A stretch of 64,000 nucleotides of DNA. Origin: an uncultured Chloroflexia bacterium. GTDB taxonomy: Bacteria > Chloroflexota > Limnocylindria > Limnocylindrales > CSP1-4. The notes under the pieces were generated by a model that had not been told where the DNA came from, searched no databases, and saw only the letters and a list, made by a program, of their open reading frames with translations. A program made the position numbers and the translations under genes. This document shows positions 60,564 to 64,000 of this stretch, one piece after another (the first letter of the stretch is position 1; each line of letters starts with the position of its first letter). Location: positions 96,001 through 160,000 of the forward strand of contig CAWHDR010000001.1 in NCBI GenBank assembly GCA_963828165.1. The letters are read 5' to 3'.

Positions 60564-62258
60564 TTAGCGCAAGGCCTGGACAGCGGCTCGCTCGATCGCG
60601 AGCCCGGCTCGATGACGGACGAAGAACGCGTCGAATCCGGCAACGTCGCGCGGGTCCGGGGCGACCGGCGCCCCGATGCTCCCGGCGATCAGCTCGTCAA
60701 GGAAGTCGGGCAGCGACAGGTCCGGATCGTCGCGGAGAAGGTACGCCGCCAGGAGGGCCATGCCCCATGCGCCGCCTTCGCTGGCCGTCGCCGGGATGCT
60801 CACGGGCACGTTGAGCGCGGCCGCCATCATCCGTTGGCCCGTGTCCGCGCCCTTGAAGAAGCCGCCATGGCCGCGGATCTGGTCGATGGCAACACCCTCG
60901 TCCCGGGTGAGGATGTCCAGTCCGGTCCGGAGCGCGCACAGCGATGCGAAATACTGGGCGCGCATGAAATTCTCGAGCGTCAGCCGGGCATCCTGGTTGC
61001 GGGCGAACAGCGGCCGGCCCTCCGTGAAGCCCGTCATGTGCTCGCCTGACACGTAGTTGATCGCGAGCAGGCCGCCAGCATCGGGCTCGGCCGCGGCCGC
61101 CAGCGGTAGAATCCGCTCATAGAGTTCGTCGGAGGTCAGCTCGGCGCCGAGCGATCTGCCGACCTGGCCGAACAACGCGACCCAGGCGTCCAGGTCGGAT
61201 GACCCGTTGTTGGCGTGGGCCATTGCGGCCGGCGAACCGTCCGGCGTGACCACGATGTCGATCTCTTCATGGAGGCGCGAGAGGCTCGACTCCAGCACGA
61301 TGACCGCGAAGTTCGATGTGCCGGCGGATACGTTGCCCGACCTGGGGCGAACCGCGTTGGTCGCGACCATGCCGGTGCCGGCGTCTCCCTCCGGCGGGCA
61401 CATCGGGCTGCCCGCCTCGAGCATGCCTGACGGGTCCAGCAGGCGCGCCCCGTCCGTGGTCAGCCTCCCGGCAGGAGCGCCCGCGGGGAGGACGTCGGGC
61501 AAGACGTCACGCAGGGTCCGGCCGAAGCCGCGCGGTGCGACGAGCGCGTCGAACGCAGCCATTCGTGGGCCGTCCCAATCGCGGGTGACCGGGTCGATCG
61601 GGAACATGCCCGAGGCCTCGTTGAGGCCCACGACATGCTCGCCGGTCAGCTTCCAGTGGACGTAGGCGGCGAGCGTCTTGAGGTGGGCGAGCTGCCCCAC
61701 GTGCGGCTGCCCATCGAGGATGGACTGGTACAGGTGGGCGATGGTCCAGCGCTGGGGCACCACGAAGTCCAACAGGGGTGTCAGCTCCGCGCACGCGGCG
61801 CCGGTGATGCTGTTGCGCCAGGTCCGAAACGGGACCAGCAGCTCGCCCTCGCGGTCCAGCGCGATGTAGCCATGCATCATCCCGCTGACGCCCAGTGCGG
61901 CCACCGTACACAGGTCCACCCGGTATCGTGCCCGGACGTCGTCGACCAGCGATGCGTAGCACGCGGCCAGGCCCGACCAGACATCGGCAAGATCGTAGGT
62001 CCAGACGCCGTTCCGCAGCTTGTTCTCCCAGGCATGAGACCCGCCGGCGAGCGGGGTGCCGTCGGGGGCCAGCAGGGCGGCCTTGATACGCGTCGACCCG
62101 AACTCGATTCCCAGGATGGCGCCACCCGACGCGATCAACTCCATGCTGATTCCCCTGTGCCGCTCGTTTGCGGCCAAGCGTAGCCGGTCCCGGAACGTGC
62201 CGATGTCCGCCCAGAGTTTCGAGTGCCTCGGGTCGGCGGACTGCCGAACGGGGACCAC
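60564..62258 (-). CDS. FGGY-family carbohydrate kinase, probable L-ribulokinase
   Basis: [47 protein letters not shown]; start between 62144 and 62258. Confidence 0.85.
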   Translation of the reverse strand: MVPVRQSADPRHSKLWADIGTFRDRLRLAANERHRGISMELIASGGAILGIEFGSTRIKAALLAPDGTPLAGGSHAWENKLRNGVWTYDLADVWSGLAACYASLVDDVRARYRVDLCTVAALGVSGMMHGYIALDREGELLVPFRTWRNSITGAACAELTPLLDFVVPQRWTIAHLYQSILDGQPHVGQLAHLKTLAAYVHWKLTGEHVVGLNEASGMFPIDPVTRDWDGPRMAAFDALVAPRGFGRTLRDVLPDVLPAGAPAGRLTTDGARLLDPSGMLEAGSPMCPPEGDAGTGMVATNAVRPRSGNVSAGTSNFAVIVLESSLSRLHEEIDIVVTPDGSPAAMAHANNGSSDLDAWVALFGQVGRSLGAELTSDELYERILPLAAAAEPDAGGLLAINYVSGEHMTGFTEGRPLFARNQDARLTLENFMRAQYFASLCALRTGLDILTRDEGVAIDQIRGHGGFFKGADTGQRMMAAALNVPVSIPATASEGGAWGMALLAAYLLRDDPDLSLPDFLDELIAGSIGAPVAPDPRDVAGFDAFFVRHRAGLAIERAAVQALR

Positions 62259-62289
62259 GACGTGCTTTCTCCTGCGTCAGGAGGGCGCG

Positions 62290-62937
62290 TCAGTGCTGGC
62301 CGTAGACCTTCGTGTAGCGGTCGTGGAGCCGTGCGACGGCGTCGGGCGGGATCTCGTCCGGTGTGCCGAGCTGGAGCGCCATGAACACCGTCGCCGCGAT
62401 ATCCTCCGTCATCACAGCGGCCTTGACCGCCGCCGATGCCGTTGGCCCGACCGTGAACACGCCGTGGTTCTTGAGCAGGATCGCCGGTGATCGACCGATC
62501 CCCTCCACCACCAACTTCCCGATTCCCTCGTCGCCGATCAGCGCGAAGCCCGCACATGGGATCTCGCCACCGAACTCGTCAGCGTGGGCCGTGAGGTAGA
62601 CCGGGATCGGGCGTCCGACGGCCGCGAAGGCCGTGGCGTAGCGTGAGTGGGTATGGACGATCCCGTTGATGTCCGGCCGGTGACGGTAGATGTAGAGGTG
62701 GCTAAGCGTGTCCGAGCTGGGTGACAAGCCGCCTTCGATGACGTTCCCGTCGGGATCGACGATGACCATCGACGCCGCCGTGAGGTCCGGGTAGCGAACA
62801 CCAGACGGCTTGATCGCAACCAGCCCGGTCCCCGGGTCCCGTGCGGACACATTGCCCCCGGTCCAGCGGACAAGGTCGTTCGCTGGGAGTTCCGCGTGGA
62901 GCTCAGCCAACTGCTCCCGGAGCGCCTCGATGAGCAT
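62290..62937 (-). CDS. araD: L-ribulose-5-phosphate 4-epimerase
   Basis: WTGGNVS, IKPSG, PSSDT..H, VHTHS.YATA, TAHADEF, LLKNHG. Confidence 0.92.
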   Translation of the reverse strand: MLIEALREQLAELHAELPANDLVRWTGGNVSARDPGTGLVAIKPSGVRYPDLTAASMVIVDPDGNVIEGGLSPSSDTLSHLYIYRHRPDINGIVHTHSRYATAFAAVGRPIPVYLTAHADEFGGEIPCAGFALIGDEGIGKLVVEGIGRSPAILLKNHGVFTVGPTASAAVKAAVMTEDIAATVFMALQLGTPDEIPPDAVARLHDRYTKVYGQH

Positions 62938-63300
62938 CAGCCCGCGCCCGCCTGTGCGCTGGCGCGGAGCTCCGGCGCGCTGCTCAGCGGTGTGCCGTCG
63001 GTCGAAGGCGGCATCATGGGGCATGCGCCGAAGCCGAAACCTGGCCCAACGACGCCCGCATGGTCGACCCCGGAATGAACGGGCGCCCTGGGCGAACGTC
63101 TCGCGGAAGACGCTGAGGTAATCATCGGCATCCTGTAGGGCCCAAGGGGCCGTTCTGGTCGCAGCTATCGAGCGGGTGGTGCTCGTCCATCAGCCTGCAT
63201 GTCACAGACCCGCCGTCGTTCGCACGCTGGGTGCTGCCGGGGGCGTCCCTGAGGGCACGACCGGATTCCGTCAAGAAATCCCCTCCGATCCCGTCTTGGC
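62937..63300 (-). pseudogene. araB: Decayed, internally deleted classical ribulokinase (araB) remnant
   Basis: Three frames give GIGGDFLTESGRAL, QDADDYLSVFRET and SGVDHAGVVGPGFGFGACPMMPPSTDGTPL, collinear with the AraB N-terminus; ends in TGATG overlapping araD. Confidence 0.65.
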
Positions 63301-63889
63301 CACATGCGTCCTTCCTCGGCTGCATGCCCGACCGCTATCGCGACAGTACCATCCGGCCACGCGTTCCAACCAAGTGCGATGGTACTGACGGAGGTGACAC
63401 GTCGTGGAGTAGCTTGCTCAGAATGTGCGCCCTGCATGAGACCCGCGGTCGATCCCGTGGACCTCGTTGACCGCCAACGTGTCTACTGCCCCGATGGGTC
63501 GCCACGCCCTGGCCGCGACGCGGAGCAAGGCTTCCAGCCCAGCCCACCCGGAGCCAGGGCTAGCGCCGTGCTACAGGATTCTGGAGGGATCCCAGGGCTG
63601 CAACATGGTTGACGCGGGCCCAGAGGGTTAACGGAACCGCGGAGGTCACGGTGAGGACCGAATGCCACCCAAAATGGACGCGACCCGGTCGATCCGACGC
63701 TCTCGGACGACTGAAATTCTACGAGCGGTCATACAATTGGGGGAGCGCCGTGAGTTCGCTTGATCCCTATGCGAATTCGGAAGTGCGCATGACTCTTCTG
63801 GGAGTGTTCGCCTGACACTCCCGGATTCAGACGGCGCGAGGCGTCGGGCTGAGTTCGAAGATCGGCTGGCGAATTCAGATTCACGTCGT

Positions 63890-63938
63890 CTGACTCTGGA
63901 TCAGGAGATCGAAGGTTCGAATCCTTCCTCGCCAGCCA
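63890..63938 (+). repeat. attR: duplicated 3' 49 bp of tRNA-Gln
   Basis: ctgactctggatcaggagatcgaaggttcgaatccttcctcgccagcca identical to 43252-43300; followed by caccacg as in the first copy (1-nt indel); no tRNA 5' half. Confidence 0.95.
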
Positions 63939-64000
63939 ACACCACGACCTGTTGGGGTGTAGAGGAAAACGACCACAACGTCTTGTGGAGGAGCCGTTTT

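Larger units (their letters stand above)
43301..63938. mobile_element. tRNA-Gln-integrated genomic island (pentose utilisation), no integrase visible
   Basis: Perfect 49-bp direct repeat 43252-43300 / 63890-63938 (tRNA 3' part) flanking the cargo. Confidence 0.85.

Noticed and set aside
63890-63938. Second tRNA-Gln gene
   Set aside because: Lacks the 5' acceptor strand and D-arm; it is an att repeat

Overview
GC-rich bacterial chromosomal window with about 50 genes. The gene content and many apparently leaderless genes suggest Chloroflexota (Limnocylindria-like), but this is inference. Positions 1-43.2 kb are mostly core metabolism: acyl-CoA dehydrogenase, adenosine deaminase, SSADH, lipA, plsY, glpD, nnrE, mutY, a TPP-riboswitch-controlled ECF transporter, and a P450/glycosyltransferase/maltokinase-like/SIS gene run. 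A branched-chain 2-oxoacid dehydrogenase operon (lpd-E1a-E1b...E2) is interrupted by a ~6.5 kb signalling module: an MFS-HEAT-cNMP-binding transporter, a class III cyclase-STAND-TPR protein and an atypical LuxR-type response regulator. Positions 43.3-63.9 kb are a ~20.6 kb genomic island integrated in tRNA-Gln(CTG) and bounded by a 49-bp direct repeat. It carries pentose (arabinose/xylose) utilisation genes, two secreted esterases sharing an apparently identical 448-bp 5' block (one has a nested triple-domain insertion), LacI operators and a decayed araB. No integrase and no CRISPR array are visible. About nine single-base frameshifts in otherwise intact genes probably reflect sequencing error. 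All family assignments come from motif recognition, not database searches.
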